From contig OZ219787.1 in assembly GCA_964291285.2 (NCBI GenBank), forward strand, positions 1,056,001 to 1,120,000: 64,000 nucleotides of DNA, in the 5' to 3' direction. Positions 39,881 to 49,786 of the stretch are shown piece by piece (the first letter of the stretch is position 1; the number at the start of each line of letters is the position of its first letter). The notes under the pieces were generated by a model that was given only the letters and a program-made list of their open reading frames with translations, had not been told where the DNA came from and ran no database searches. Made by a program: the position numbers and the translations under genes. This DNA is from Alphaproteobacteria bacterium (GTDB lineage Bacteria > Pseudomonadota > Alphaproteobacteria > Bin95).

Positions 39881-40651
39881 TTGAGCCAGCCGGTTCTCGA
39901 AGTCCGCGATGTCGCGGTGCATTTCGGCGGCATCGTGGCGCTGGACGGCGTGTCCTTCGACATCCCGAAGGACCTGATCGTCGGTCTGATCGGCCCCAAC
40001 GGCGCCGGCAAGACGACGCTCTTCAACTGCCTCTCCCGGCTCTACACGCCGAACGCGGGCGAGATCCTGTTCAAGGGCCGGTCGCTGCTGGGGCTGCCGG
40101 CGAACCGGATCGCCTCGCTCGGCATCGGCCGCACCTTCCAGAACCTGGCGCTCTTTCCGACGCTCTCCGTGCTCGACAACGTCATGATCGGGGGCCATTC
40201 GCGCACGGCGAGCGACTATGTGTCCAACGCCTTCCGCTTGCCCTGGGTGCGCCGGGAGGAAGAGGGGCTGATGGACCGCGCGATGGAGCTGATCGCCTTC
40301 ATGGAACTCGCGGAGATGACGCACATGCCGGTCGGCGGCCTGCCGTTCGGCTACCAGAAACGGGTGGAGATGGCGCGCGCGCTCGCCGGCGAGCCGGAAC
40401 TGCTGCTGCTCGACGAGCCGGCGGGCGGGCTCAACCACGAGGAGCTCGACCACCTGATGGGGCAGATCCGCCAGATCCGGGACGAGCGCGGCATCACCAT
40501 CCTCCTGGTCGAGCACCATATGAGCCTGGTCATGCAGGTGTCGGACAAGGTCGTGGCCATAGATTTCGGTCGCAAGATCGCTGACGGCACGCCGGAAGAG
40601 GTGCAGCAAGACCCCAAGGTCATCGAAGCCTATCTCGGGACAGCGCACTGA
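39881..40651 (+). CDS. ABC ATPase (LivG-like)
   Basis: GPNGAGKTT, RTFQN, LPFG.QKRVE, LDEPAGG, VEHHM. Confidence 0.92.
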   Translation: MSQPVLEVRDVAVHFGGIVALDGVSFDIPKDLIVGLIGPNGAGKTTLFNCLSRLYTPNAGEILFKGRSLLGLPANRIASLGIGRTFQNLALFPTLSVLDNVMIGGHSRTASDYVSNAFRLPWVRREEEGLMDRAMELIAFMELAEMTHMPVGGLPFGYQKRVEMARALAGEPELLLLDEPAGGLNHEELDHLMGQIRQIRDERGITILLVEHHMSLVMQVSDKVVAIDFGRKIADGTPEEVQQDPKVIEAYLGTAH

Positions 40652-41361
40652 TGGCGTTTCTCGAGGTCCGGGGGCTGGAAGCCTATTACCGCCAGACCCA
40701 GGCGCTGTTCGGGGTCGATTTCGTGCTCGACGAGGGGTCGATCACTGCGATCCTCGGCGCGAACGGCGCGGGCAAGACGACGACCTTGCGCGCCATATGC
40801 CGCATGGTGCGCACGGACGGCGAGGTCGTGTTCGACGGCCAGGAACTCTCCGGCCTCTCGACCGAGCGCGTCGTCGGGCTCGGCATCGCGCATGTGCCGG
40901 AAGGCCGGGGCACCTTCGTGCGCCAGTCGGTCGAGGAGAACCTCCAGCTCGGCGCCTACACGCGCAGGAACAAGGCCGACATCGCCGCCGACATGGAGAG
41001 CGTCTACGGCTATTTCCCGAGGCTCGGCGAACGCCGCCGCCAGCAGGCGGGCACGCTCTCCGGCGGTGAGCAGCAGATGCTCGCCATCGGCCGCGCGCTG
41101 ATGCTGCGCCCGAAGCTCATGCTGCTCGACGAGCCGTCCTTCGGCCTCGCGCCGCTGATCGTGCAGGAGATCTACGGGATCATGGCGCGCATCCGCGAGC
41201 GCGAAGGCACCTCCATGCTGCTGGTGGAGCAGAACGCGAGCATCGCGCTCGAACTCGCCGACCATGCGTACCTGCTGGAAACCGGCCGCGTGGTGATGGG
41301 CGGCGAGTCCAGCCTGCTGCGCGACGACGAAGACATCCGCCGCAGCTATCTCGGCTACTGA
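40651..41361 (+). CDS. ABC ATPase (LivF-like)
   Basis: GANGAGKTT, VPEGR, LSGGEQQM, LDEPS.GLAP. Confidence 0.92.
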   Translation: MAFLEVRGLEAYYRQTQALFGVDFVLDEGSITAILGANGAGKTTTLRAICRMVRTDGEVVFDGQELSGLSTERVVGLGIAHVPEGRGTFVRQSVEENLQLGAYTRRNKADIAADMESVYGYFPRLGERRRQQAGTLSGGEQQMLAIGRALMLRPKLMLLDEPSFGLAPLIVQEIYGIMARIREREGTSMLLVEQNASIALELADHAYLLETGRVVMGGESSLLRDDEDIRRSYLGY

Positions 41362-41377
41362 AAGCGCGCGCCCGAAG

Positions 41378-42253
41378 ATGGACCTTTTCCTGCAACTGAC
41401 GCTCGCCGGCCTCGCCATCGGGTCGATCTATTCCTGCGTCGCGCTGGCCGTGGTGATGATCTACCAGGCCACCGACCACTTCAATTTCGCCCAGGGCGAG
41501 ATGGCGATGTTCTCCACCTATGTCGCCTGGACGCTGGTCGGCCTCGGCGCGCCGGTCTGGCTGGCCTTCCTGCTCGCGGTCGGCATTTCCTTCCTGGCCG
41601 GCGTCATCATCGAGCGGGTGATCGTGAAGCCGGTCGAGAACGCGCCGGTGCTCAACCAGATCATCGTGTTCATCGGGCTACTGGTGATCTTCAACGCCGT
41701 GGCGGGCTGGATCTGGGAGTTCACCATCAAGCCCTTCCCGAGCCTCTTCCCCGAGGACCTCGGTTTCAAATCGACATTGATCGGGCCGCACCATATCGGC
41801 GTCATCGCGCTGACGCTCGGCGTGCTGGCGCTGGTGTTCGCCTTCTTCCGCTTCACGCGCGTCGGGCTCGCCATGCGCGCCGCCGCCGCCAATCCGGACT
41901 CGGCCCGGCTGGTCGGCGTTTCGGTCGGCTGGATGCTGGCGCTCGGCTGGGGGCTGGCGGCGTCGATCGGCGCGGTCGGCGGCATCCTGGTCGCGCCCAT
42001 CGTCTACCTGGAGCCGAACATGATGGCCGGCGTGCTGCTCTACGGCTTCGCCGGCGCGCTGCTCGGCGGCGTGTCCAGCCCCGGCGGCGCGGTGCTGGGC
42101 GGCCTCGTGGTCGGCGTGCTGGAGAACTGGGTCGGGCAATATGTTCCCGGCGGCTCGGAGCTGAAGCTCACCTTCGCGCTGATCCTCATCGTCGGCGTGC
42201 TGGTCTTCAAGCCGGCCGGGCTGTTCGGCCGCGTCGTGGTGCGGAGGGTCTGA
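41378..42253 (+). CDS. ABC permease (LivH-like)
   Basis: NFAQGE, GLAMRA.A.N, P.GLFG. Confidence 0.92.
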   Translation: MDLFLQLTLAGLAIGSIYSCVALAVVMIYQATDHFNFAQGEMAMFSTYVAWTLVGLGAPVWLAFLLAVGISFLAGVIIERVIVKPVENAPVLNQIIVFIGLLVIFNAVAGWIWEFTIKPFPSLFPEDLGFKSTLIGPHHIGVIALTLGVLALVFAFFRFTRVGLAMRAAAANPDSARLVGVSVGWMLALGWGLAASIGAVGGILVAPIVYLEPNMMAGVLLYGFAGALLGGVSSPGGAVLGGLVVGVLENWVGQYVPGGSELKLTFALILIVGVLVFKPAGLFGRVVVRRV

Positions 42254-42255
42254 GG

Positions 42256-43254
42256 GTGGCGAACCGTCCGAACCCCGTCACCTCCCGGCTGTTGATCGGC
42301 TTCGGCGCGGCGGTGCTGTTCGCCGCGGTCGTGCCGCATCTCGTGTCGGACTTCACCAGCTTCCAGTTCACCCAGGCGATGGCCTACGGCATCGCGCTGC
42401 TCGGGCTGAACATCCTGACCGGCTACAACGGCCAGTTCTCCATCGGCCACAGCGCCTTCTACGCCGTCGGCGCCTACACGGCGGCGATCCTGCTCTATCA
42501 TTTCGAGTGGAACCACTACGCCACCCTGCCGGTGGCGGCGCTGGTGGCCTTCGTCGTGGGCTTCCTGTTCGGCCTGCCGGCGCTCCGCCTGGAGGGACTC
42601 TATCTGGCGCTCGCCACCTTCGCCTTTGCCGTGGCGACGCCGCAGTTGCTCAAATTCGATGCCTTCGAGCACTGGACGGGCGGCGTGCAGGGCCTCTTCG
42701 TGCCGAAGCCGGAGCCGCTGATCGACGGCCTGAGCGCCGACCAGTCGCTCTACTATGTGACGCTCGCGGTCATGGTGTTCCTGATGATCGTCGCCTGGTG
42801 CCTGCTGCACAGCCGGTCGGGCCGGGCGATCATGGCAATCCGCGACAATCCCATCGCGGCCAGCACGATGGGCATCAACACGGCCCTCTACAAGACGACG
42901 ACCTTCGGCATCAGCGCCATGTACACCGGCATTGCCGGCGCGCTCAGCGTCTTCGTCACCGAGTTCGTCGCGCCCGACGCCTTCAACTTCTTCCTCGCGG
43001 TCAACCTGCTGGTCGGGTCCGTGGTCGGCGGCATCGTGTCGATCCCGGGCGTGATCTTCGGTGGGCTGTTCCTCGTCTTCGTGCCCAATTTCGCCCAGGA
43101 CATCAGCCGCGCCTATCCGTTCGTACCGCCGCCCTGGGCGATCTTCGGCATTTTCCTGATCCTTGCGATATATTTCGTGCCGTTCGGGGTCTGGGGCGCG
43201 GTGGAACGGGCGCTCGCATGGTGGAAACGCAGATCGGCCGGCTCCGGCGGATAG
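42256..43254 (+). CDS. ABC permease (LivM-like)
   Basis: GLNILTGYNGQ.SIGH.AF, LRL.GLYLALAT, GR..MAIRDN. Confidence 0.92.
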   Translation: MANRPNPVTSRLLIGFGAAVLFAAVVPHLVSDFTSFQFTQAMAYGIALLGLNILTGYNGQFSIGHSAFYAVGAYTAAILLYHFEWNHYATLPVAALVAFVVGFLFGLPALRLEGLYLALATFAFAVATPQLLKFDAFEHWTGGVQGLFVPKPEPLIDGLSADQSLYYVTLAVMVFLMIVAWCLLHSRSGRAIMAIRDNPIAASTMGINTALYKTTTFGISAMYTGIAGALSVFVTEFVAPDAFNFFLAVNLLVGSVVGGIVSIPGVIFGGLFLVFVPNFAQDISRAYPFVPPPWAIFGIFLILAIYFVPFGVWGAVERALAWWKRRSAGSGG

Positions 43255-43288
43255 AAACGGGACACAACTGAAAGGGAGGTATCGACCC

Positions 43289-44488
43289 ATGCACATCAAG
43301 AAACTGCTGGCCGTCGCCGCCGCAGCGGCGCTGCTTGCCGGGACGGCACACAGCGCCGACATGACCGGCATTACCGACACGACAATCAAGATCGGCAACA
43401 CCAACCCCTATTCGGGGCCGGCTTCGGTCTACAGCACCATCGGCAAGACCATCTCCGCCTATTTCGAGATGGTGAACGAGATGGGCGGCATCCAGGGCCG
43501 CCAGATCGACTTCATTTCGCTGGACGACGGCTACAGCCCGCCGCGCACGGTCGAGCAGGTCCGCAAGCTCGTGGAGCAGGAGCAGGTGGCGCTTCTCTTC
43601 CAGACGCTCGGCACGCCGACCAACTCCGCCATCCACCGCTATGTGAACGCGAAGAAGGTCCCGCACCTCTTCGTCGCGACGGGCGCCAGCAAGTGGGGCC
43701 AGCCGGACAAGTATCCCTGGACCATGGGCTTCCAGCCGACCTACGACGTCGAGGGCGAGATCTACGCGAGATACGTGCTGGAGAACGTCGAGGACCCGAA
43801 GATCGCGATCCTGTTCCAGAACGACGACTACGGGAAGGACTATCGCGACGGCTTCCTGCGCGGCCTCGGCGACAAGGCGGACGAGCTCGTGGTCTCGATG
43901 CTGCCCTACGAGGTCACCGACCCGACGGTGGACAGCCAGATCCTGAAGATGAAGGAGAGCGGCGCCAACGTCTTCTTCAACATCACGATCCCGAAATTCG
44001 CTGCCCAGGCGATCCGCAAGTCCTGCGAGATCGACTGGAAGCCGGTGCATCTGCTGAACAATGTGTCCTCCTCGGTGGGCGCGACCCTGACGCCGGCAGG
44101 CCTCGACTGCTCCACCGGCCTGATTACGGCGCAGTATCTGATGGACCCGGTGGACCCGGAGTGGAAGGACGATCCGGGCTACAAGGAGTGGGTCGCCTTC
44201 ATGGAGAAGCACATGCCGGGCTCCGACCTGACGGACGTGAACTACGCCTATGGCTACAACGTCTCCAGGCTGATGCACATCACGCTCGAAGGCTGCGGGG
44301 AGCTGAGCCGCGAGGGCATCATGGCCTGCGCCGCGAACCTCAAGGACGTCGAGCTTCCGATGCTGCTGCCGGGCATTCTGGTCAACACCTCAGCGGACGA
44401 CTTCTACCCGATCCAGTCGGAGCAGCTCTCGCGCTTCGACGGGAAGAGCTGGGTTCGCTTCGGCGACATCATCCACGCCAGCAACTGA
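43289..44488 (+). CDS. ABC substrate-binding protein (Leu/Ile/Val-binding fold)
   Basis: Signal peptide, IKIG...PYSGPAS.Y, DD.YSPP.TVEQ.RKLVE, LLPGI..NTS..D; RBS GGGAGG. Confidence 0.92.
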   Translation: MHIKKLLAVAAAAALLAGTAHSADMTGITDTTIKIGNTNPYSGPASVYSTIGKTISAYFEMVNEMGGIQGRQIDFISLDDGYSPPRTVEQVRKLVEQEQVALLFQTLGTPTNSAIHRYVNAKKVPHLFVATGASKWGQPDKYPWTMGFQPTYDVEGEIYARYVLENVEDPKIAILFQNDDYGKDYRDGFLRGLGDKADELVVSMLPYEVTDPTVDSQILKMKESGANVFFNITIPKFAAQAIRKSCEIDWKPVHLLNNVSSSVGATLTPAGLDCSTGLITAQYLMDPVDPEWKDDPGYKEWVAFMEKHMPGSDLTDVNYAYGYNVSRLMHITLEGCGELSREGIMACAANLKDVELPMLLPGILVNTSADDFYPIQSEQLSRFDGKSWVRFGDIIHASN

Positions 44489-44510
44489 CCGCGCCGGCAT
44501 AACGGAAACG

Positions 44511-44541
44511 GCCGCCTCCCTTGCCGGGGAGGCGGCTTTTT
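44511..44541 (+). terminator. Rho-independent terminator
   Basis: GCCGCCTCCC ... GGGAGGCGGC stem followed by TTTTT, just after the SBP gene. Confidence 0.85.
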
Positions 44542-44596
44542 CGTGTGCGCCCCCGCCCCCCGTGCGGACGGCGCCGGAACGGGTTACGCTTGCGCG

Positions 44597-45229
44597 ATGT
44601 TTCGACACGGCGCGACGCGGAGGCGGGTGCTGACGGGACTGGCGGGAGCGGCGGCGTTGCCGTTGCCGTCTTCCGCAAGCTCAATGCTCCTCGGCTACCA
44701 GCCTTCGGAGGCGATGGACGACCGCGGCCTCGGGCTGGCGCCGCCGCTTGCCTGCACGCCCGGCACCCGGTCGCAGACGGCGGGGCCGTTCTACACGCCC
44801 GCCACGCCGCGCCGCAGTGACTTGCGCGAGCCGGGTGCGACCGGCGAGGCGCTCGTCTTCGAGGGCCTGGCGTTGACGCCGGACTGCCGACCCGTGCCCG
44901 GCGCTGTCATCGACATCTGGCACAGTGACGGGCGCGGGCGCTACGACAACCGGGGCTTCCGCTATCGCGGCCACCAGTTCACGGATGCGGCCGGGACGTT
45001 CCGCTTCCTGACGATCCGGCCGGGCCGCTATACCGGCCGCACGCCGCATATCCATGTGAAGCTGCAGGGCAGGAAGACCGGCGTGCTCACCACGCAGGTC
45101 TATTTCCCCGACCTCGAGGCCGCCAACGCCCGCGATTCCATCTTCAGGGACGACCTGCTGCTACGACTCGACCGGACCGCGGCGGGCCTCTGGCGCGGGC
45201 GGTTCGACTTCGTGCTGCGGCCGGTCTGA
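44597..45229 (+). CDS. Tat-exported intradiol ring-cleavage dioxygenase-like protein
   Basis: TRRRVL Tat motif; GPFY, DIWH.D..G.YD, RG...TD..G.F.F.TI.PG.Y.GR.PHIH.K. Confidence 0.88.
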   Translation: MFRHGATRRRVLTGLAGAAALPLPSSASSMLLGYQPSEAMDDRGLGLAPPLACTPGTRSQTAGPFYTPATPRRSDLREPGATGEALVFEGLALTPDCRPVPGAVIDIWHSDGRGRYDNRGFRYRGHQFTDAAGTFRFLTIRPGRYTGRTPHIHVKLQGRKTGVLTTQVYFPDLEAANARDSIFRDDLLLRLDRTAAGLWRGRFDFVLRPV

Positions 45230-45241
45230 GCCCTTTCGCCG

Positions 45242-45281
45242 GCGGCGGGAAACGGGCCGTTCAGGCCCGCCTCCGCCGCCG
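45242..45281. terminator. GC-rich hairpin between convergent genes
   Basis: GCGGCGG-GAAA-CGGGCC-GTTCA-GGCCCG-CCT-CCGCCGC imperfect stem-loop; no U-tract. Confidence 0.45.
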
Positions 45282-45286
45282 CAGGC

Positions 45287-46348
45287 TCAGTTCTGCGCCA
45301 CCCAGCGGTTCCAGCGCTCGGTCAGTTCTTCCTGGTAGTCCACCCAGAAGTCGATCGCCTCCTGGCTGCCGCCGAACAGGCCCGTGGCCAGATTGTCGCC
45401 CGCCGGCAGGCTCTTCGCCCGCTCGGGATCGACCATGGCCACACCTTCCTTGTGCGTCGGCCCGTAGGCATAGGCCTTGGTGAAGGCGGCCTGGCGGCCG
45501 GGGTCGGTCACGAACTTGACGAAGGCGTATGCGGCGTCCTGGTTGGGCGCGCCTTCGATGATGGCCCAAGAGTCGATGGCGTAAACCGTCCCGTCCCAGA
45601 TCATCTGCAGGTTCTTGCCGTCCTTCTGGGCGTTGGTGATCCGCCCGTTATAGGCGACGCTCAGCTCGACATCGCCGGCCGCCAGCCATTCCGGCGCCTG
45701 CGCGCCGGCTTCCCACCACTGCACCAGCGGCTTGATCTCGCCGAGCTTGGCGAAAGCCCGGTCCACGCCCTCCGGCGTGTTGAGGACCTTGTAGATGTCC
45801 GCGGGCGCCACGCCGTCGGCCAGCAGCGCATATTCGAGGTTGAGTTTCGGCCCCTTGCGCATGCCGCGCTTGCCGGGCCAGGTCTTCGTGTCCCAGAAAT
45901 CGACAAGCGTAGCCGGCGCCTTGCCAACGGTGTCGGCGTTGTAGGCGATGACCACGGACCAGACGAGATTGCCCACGCCGCAATCAGTGACGGCGTCCGG
46001 CAGCATGTCTTCCTTGGGCAGGAGCTTCGACCAGTCGAGCTGCACGAACACGCCCTCCTCGCAGCCCCGGACGAGCTCCGAGGTTTCGACCTGCACGACA
46101 TCCCAGGGGATCTGCCCCGTGTCCTGCATGGCCTGGAACTGGGCCCAGCCGCCGAGATAGACGTCTTCCAGGAAGGCGATGCCGGACTCCTGGCTGAACG
46201 GCGTGAAATAGACGTCGCGCTGCGCTTCCTGGTAGGTGCCGCCCCAGCTTGCAATGGTGAAGTCGCGGGCTTCGGCGGCTCCGGAAAGCAGGCCCAGCGC
46301 CGCAGCGACCACGAAAAGGGGTTTGAAACGCCTCCCGATGGTTTTCAT
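45287..46348 (-). CDS. Polyamine/opine-type ABC substrate-binding protein
   Basis: SWGG.YQ.AQ, WDVV, DFWD...WPGKR, ALLADGV, G.DRAF.KL, AYNGR. Confidence 0.9.
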   Translation of the reverse strand: MKTIGRRFKPLFVVAAALGLLSGAAEARDFTIASWGGTYQEAQRDVYFTPFSQESGIAFLEDVYLGGWAQFQAMQDTGQIPWDVVQVETSELVRGCEEGVFVQLDWSKLLPKEDMLPDAVTDCGVGNLVWSVVIAYNADTVGKAPATLVDFWDTKTWPGKRGMRKGPKLNLEYALLADGVAPADIYKVLNTPEGVDRAFAKLGEIKPLVQWWEAGAQAPEWLAAGDVELSVAYNGRITNAQKDGKNLQMIWDGTVYAIDSWAIIEGAPNQDAAYAFVKFVTDPGRQAAFTKAYAYGPTHKEGVAMVDPERAKSLPAGDNLATGLFGGSQEAIDFWVDYQEELTERWNRWVAQN

Positions 46349-46456
46349 GGCTCATCCTCCTTTCCGCCGCGAACGGCATTTGCAGTTGTCCTGACCGTCC
46401 GGTCTCCCGATCCGAACTGCGGCGTGCCAACGGTTCTGCTTGCGGGACGCGCCACC

Positions 46457-47287
46457 TTACTCCTCCCGCCGGGAACGCTGCCGGGCGCTTCGCCACTGCA
46501 GCAGTTCGACGACCGCCAGAAGTGCCAGCGAGAAGGCTATCAGAATCGTCGCGATCGCAACAATCGAAGGGTCGAGCTGGTCGCGCAGCCCCGTGAAGAG
46601 CTGGCGCGGCAGGGTTATCTGCGCCGGGCCGCTGACGAAGAGCGCGACGATCACTTCGTCGAGCGAGGTGACGAACGCGAACACCGCGCCTGCCAGCACG
46701 CCAGGCAGGATCAGCGGCAGCGTCACCTGGAAGAAAGCGGCGAGCGGCGGTGCACCGAGGCTCTCGGCGGCGCGCACGAGGTTCCAGTCGAACCCCTTGA
46801 GCGTCGCGGAAACGGTGATGACTACGAAGGGCACCGCCAGCACGACATGCGCGATAATCAGCCCGATATGGGTCTGCACCAGCCCGATCCTGGCAAAGAA
46901 GAAATAGAGCCCGAGCGCGGTTATCACGAGCGGCACGGCGAGCGGCGAGATCAGGAGCCCGAAGACGAAGGGCTTGCCAGGAAAGTCCGCGCGCGTGAGG
47001 CCGTAGGCAGCGAGCGTGCCGAGCGCGGTGGCGATGATCGTCGTCGAGACGGCGACGATCAGGCTGTTCTCGAGCGCGAACATCCAGGGGAAGGGCTCGA
47101 CCACCGCATCGTACCAGCGCATCGAGAAACCGGGCAGCGGATAGCTGAGGAAACTGCCCGCGCTGAAGGAGATCGGCACGACGATGACGATGGGGCCGAT
47201 CAGGAACAGGAAGCCGAAGGCGCAGATGAGGCGCAGGCACCAGTACCAGACATGCTGGCCGCGGGTCGCGTTGACCGGAAGCGCCAT
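46457..47287 (-). CDS. Polyamine-type ABC permease (PotC-like)
   Basis: P.PGFS.RWY, AAESLGA EAA loop, SLDEV...LF. Confidence 0.9.
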   Translation of the reverse strand: MALPVNATRGQHVWYWCLRLICAFGFLFLIGPIVIVVPISFSAGSFLSYPLPGFSMRWYDAVVEPFPWMFALENSLIVAVSTTIIATALGTLAAYGLTRADFPGKPFVFGLLISPLAVPLVITALGLYFFFARIGLVQTHIGLIIAHVVLAVPFVVITVSATLKGFDWNLVRAAESLGAPPLAAFFQVTLPLILPGVLAGAVFAFVTSLDEVIVALFVSGPAQITLPRQLFTGLRDQLDPSIVAIATILIAFSLALLAVVELLQWRSARQRSRREE

Positions 47288-47296
47288 GCGGTCCGC

Positions 47297-48541
47297 CTAT
47301 CCGAACCGGAACCCGGCCGCGCCGCGCACAAGGCCCCGATAGACCGGATAGAGCGCGGCCACGCTCAGCAGCAGCAGGATCGCTATGGCGCTCGCCATGC
47401 CCCAATTGCCGGTCCGGGTTGCGAACTCGGCGATGAGGTAGCTCAGCATCTGGTCCGATGCGCCGCCGATGAGAGCCGGCGTGATGTAGAAGCCGAGCGA
47501 AAGGATGAAGACCAGGATGCACCCGGCGCCGAGCCCTGGCAGGGTCTGCGGCAGGTAGATGGACAGGAACGCCGCAACCGGCTTTGCGCCGAGCGAGGCG
47601 GCGGCGCGCATCTGGCTCGCCGGAATGTTCCGCATCACCGCATAGAGCGGCAGCACCAGAAAGGGGAGCAGGATGTGGACCATCGCGACATAGACGCCGG
47701 TCCGGTTGAATATCAGCGTGAGCGGTTCATCGGTAAGGCCCGCATAGAGCAGGGAGTCGTTCACGACCCCCTTATTCTGCAACAGCACGACCCAAGCCGC
47801 CGTGCGCACCAGCAGCGAGGTCCAGAAGGGCAGCAGCACCAACGCCAGCAGGATCCGCGACAGGCGCCGGCCGGTGGTCGCGATGAGATAGGCCATCGGA
47901 TAGCCGATGGCGATGCACCAGGCGAGCACCCAGAAGCTGATCCAGAAGGTGCGCTCCAGATAGTCGATATAGATGGTGCGCTCGGGCGGGGCGGTACCGA
48001 TGCTGCCATCCCATTTCCGTTCGAGATCGACGGCCGCCAGCAGGTAGCGGGTGGTGTAGGGCCCGGCCGAGGCCTTGATCGCACGCCAGTAGGCTATATC
48101 GCCCCAGCGCTCGTCGAGTCCGATCAGGGCTTCCTTGTAGGGCGGCCCGGTAATGCGGCGGATCTTGCGTCCGGTGCGCATCACCATGCTGCGGAAGCCG
48201 CTGATCTCGTAGTTGAGCCGCATGGCTGCCGCGGCAACGGTCCGGTCCCCGTAGGCGGCCCGGATTTCCTCGACCACGGTTGCAAAAGCTTTTTCGCCCG
48301 GCAGTTCGGCGCCGTCCCATTCGGCGACGGTCTCCGCGGTCCGGGGCATGACCTCGGCAAGCTTCGGGTCATCCACGCTGAAATAGAGCAGCGAGAGGAT
48401 CGGGCCTGCGAACACCACGAGGATGAAGAGCAGCAGCGGCGCGACAAGCAGGAAGGCGTTCAGGGAACGTTGCCTCTGGGCGCGCCTGAGTTTCGCCTCG
48501 AGGCTGCGGTCGGCGGGGGCGGCCTTCGCTTCGTCCGTCAT
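47297..48541 (-). CDS. Polyamine-type ABC permease (PotB-like) with large periplasmic insert
   Basis: LLPFWTSLLVRT.AW, HILLPF..LP.Y, AAASLGA, GFYITPAL.GG. Confidence 0.9.
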   Translation of the reverse strand: MTDEAKAAPADRSLEAKLRRAQRQRSLNAFLLVAPLLLFILVVFAGPILSLLYFSVDDPKLAEVMPRTAETVAEWDGAELPGEKAFATVVEEIRAAYGDRTVAAAAMRLNYEISGFRSMVMRTGRKIRRITGPPYKEALIGLDERWGDIAYWRAIKASAGPYTTRYLLAAVDLERKWDGSIGTAPPERTIYIDYLERTFWISFWVLAWCIAIGYPMAYLIATTGRRLSRILLALVLLPFWTSLLVRTAAWVVLLQNKGVVNDSLLYAGLTDEPLTLIFNRTGVYVAMVHILLPFLVLPLYAVMRNIPASQMRAAASLGAKPVAAFLSIYLPQTLPGLGAGCILVFILSLGFYITPALIGGASDQMLSYLIAEFATRTGNWGMASAIAILLLLSVAALYPVYRGLVRGAAGFRFG

Positions 48542-49632
48542 GCCGGTGCCAGCACCCGGCAGTGCTCCGGGGCCCAGCCGACCTCGACCGCCGCTCCGGG
48601 CGCGAGCGCATCGCTGGCCGCGCCGACGGGTGCCAGCGCGATGATGTCGTCCCGTCCGGCCATGGCGAGGCGCACGCGGTTGTGGGCGCCGAAATAGATC
48701 ACCTCGACCACCTTCGCCCCGAACCGGTTCGCCATGTCTTCGGCGGTCGGCCCGATGACCAGGCGCTCGGGGCGCAGCGACAGCAGGGCCGCCTCTCCGT
48801 TGGCGCGCTCCGCTGCAGACCGGGCGTGGATGATGTCGCCCGAGGCCAGCCTGACAACGCAGTTCGGCCCGTCGATGCCTTCGATCCGGCCCTCGAAGGC
48901 GTTGTTCTCGCCGATGAAATTGGCAACGAAGGCGTTGGCGGGCTTCTCGTAGACCTCATGCGGCGAGCCCACCTGCTGGATGAGCCCGTCATTCATGATA
49001 GCCACCCGGTCCGACATGGTGAGCGCCTCGCCCTGGTCGTGAGTGACATAGGCGACGGTCATTCCGAGCTGCTCGTGCAGATGCTTGATCTCGATCTGCA
49101 TCTGCTCGCGGAGCTTCTTGTCCAGCGCGCCAAGCGGCTCGTCCATCAGCACGATCTCGGGCTCGAAGACGAGCGCCCTGGCAAGCGCAACCCGCTGCTG
49201 CTGGCCGCCGGAAAGCTGGTGCGGACGCCGCTCGCCGAGGCCGGTCAAGTCCACCATGCGCAGCGCAGCCCCCACCTTCTCGCTGATGGCATGCTTCGGA
49301 AGCCGGCGCTGGACGAGCGGAAAGGCGACGTTCTGGAACACCGACTTGTGCGGAAAGAGCGCGTAGTTCTGGAACACGATGCCCATATTGCGCCGGAAGG
49401 GCGGGACATTGCGCAGAGAGCGGTCATTGAGAACGATATCGCCGGCCGTCACCGCCTCGAAGCCGGCGAGCATCAGCAGGATGGTGGTCTTGCCGGAGCC
49501 CGACGGGCCGAGCAGCGTCAGGAATTCGCCCCTGCGGATTTCGAGACTGAGGCGGTCCACGACATTGACGCGGCCGTCATAGGTCTTTTCGACATCCCGA
49601 AACCGGACCAGCACCTCGGATTCGGGAGTCAT
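48538..49632 (-). CDS. Polyamine-type ABC ATPase (PotA-like)
   Basis: GPSGSGKTT, VFQNYALFPH, LSGGQQQRVALARA, DEPLGALD, TOBE-like tail. Confidence 0.93.
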   Translation of the reverse strand: MTPESEVLVRFRDVEKTYDGRVNVVDRLSLEIRRGEFLTLLGPSGSGKTTILLMLAGFEAVTAGDIVLNDRSLRNVPPFRRNMGIVFQNYALFPHKSVFQNVAFPLVQRRLPKHAISEKVGAALRMVDLTGLGERRPHQLSGGQQQRVALARALVFEPEIVLMDEPLGALDKKLREQMQIEIKHLHEQLGMTVAYVTHDQGEALTMSDRVAIMNDGLIQQVGSPHEVYEKPANAFVANFIGENNAFEGRIEGIDGPNCVVRLASGDIIHARSAAERANGEAALLSLRPERLVIGPTAEDMANRFGAKVVEVIYFGAHNRVRLAMAGRDDIIALAPVGAASDALAPGAAVEVGWAPEHCRVLAPA

Positions 49633-49786
49633 GGCTAGCGGGTCTCCCGGTCCGCCCCGCCAGCCGGTTTTTCGCCATCGAGAAGCGCCGCCGGCCGCGC
49701 GCAGCCGAACCGGCCGCCTCCCCCGCCGCGGGGAAACGGCGGCCCGGCAGGCGGCCCCGGCGACAAGGCGCTCAGGCCCTTCGAGG

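Noticed and set aside
46349-46456. TGGCAC on the minus strand as a sigma54 promoter
   Set aside because: No GC/TTGC at the required -12 spacing.
45452-48697. 1081-aa plus-strand ORF, and similar long ORFs such as 13025..15307, 5240..6706 and 31343..33268
   Set aside because: Antisense shadows of well-supported genes, common at high GC; no recognisable motifs.
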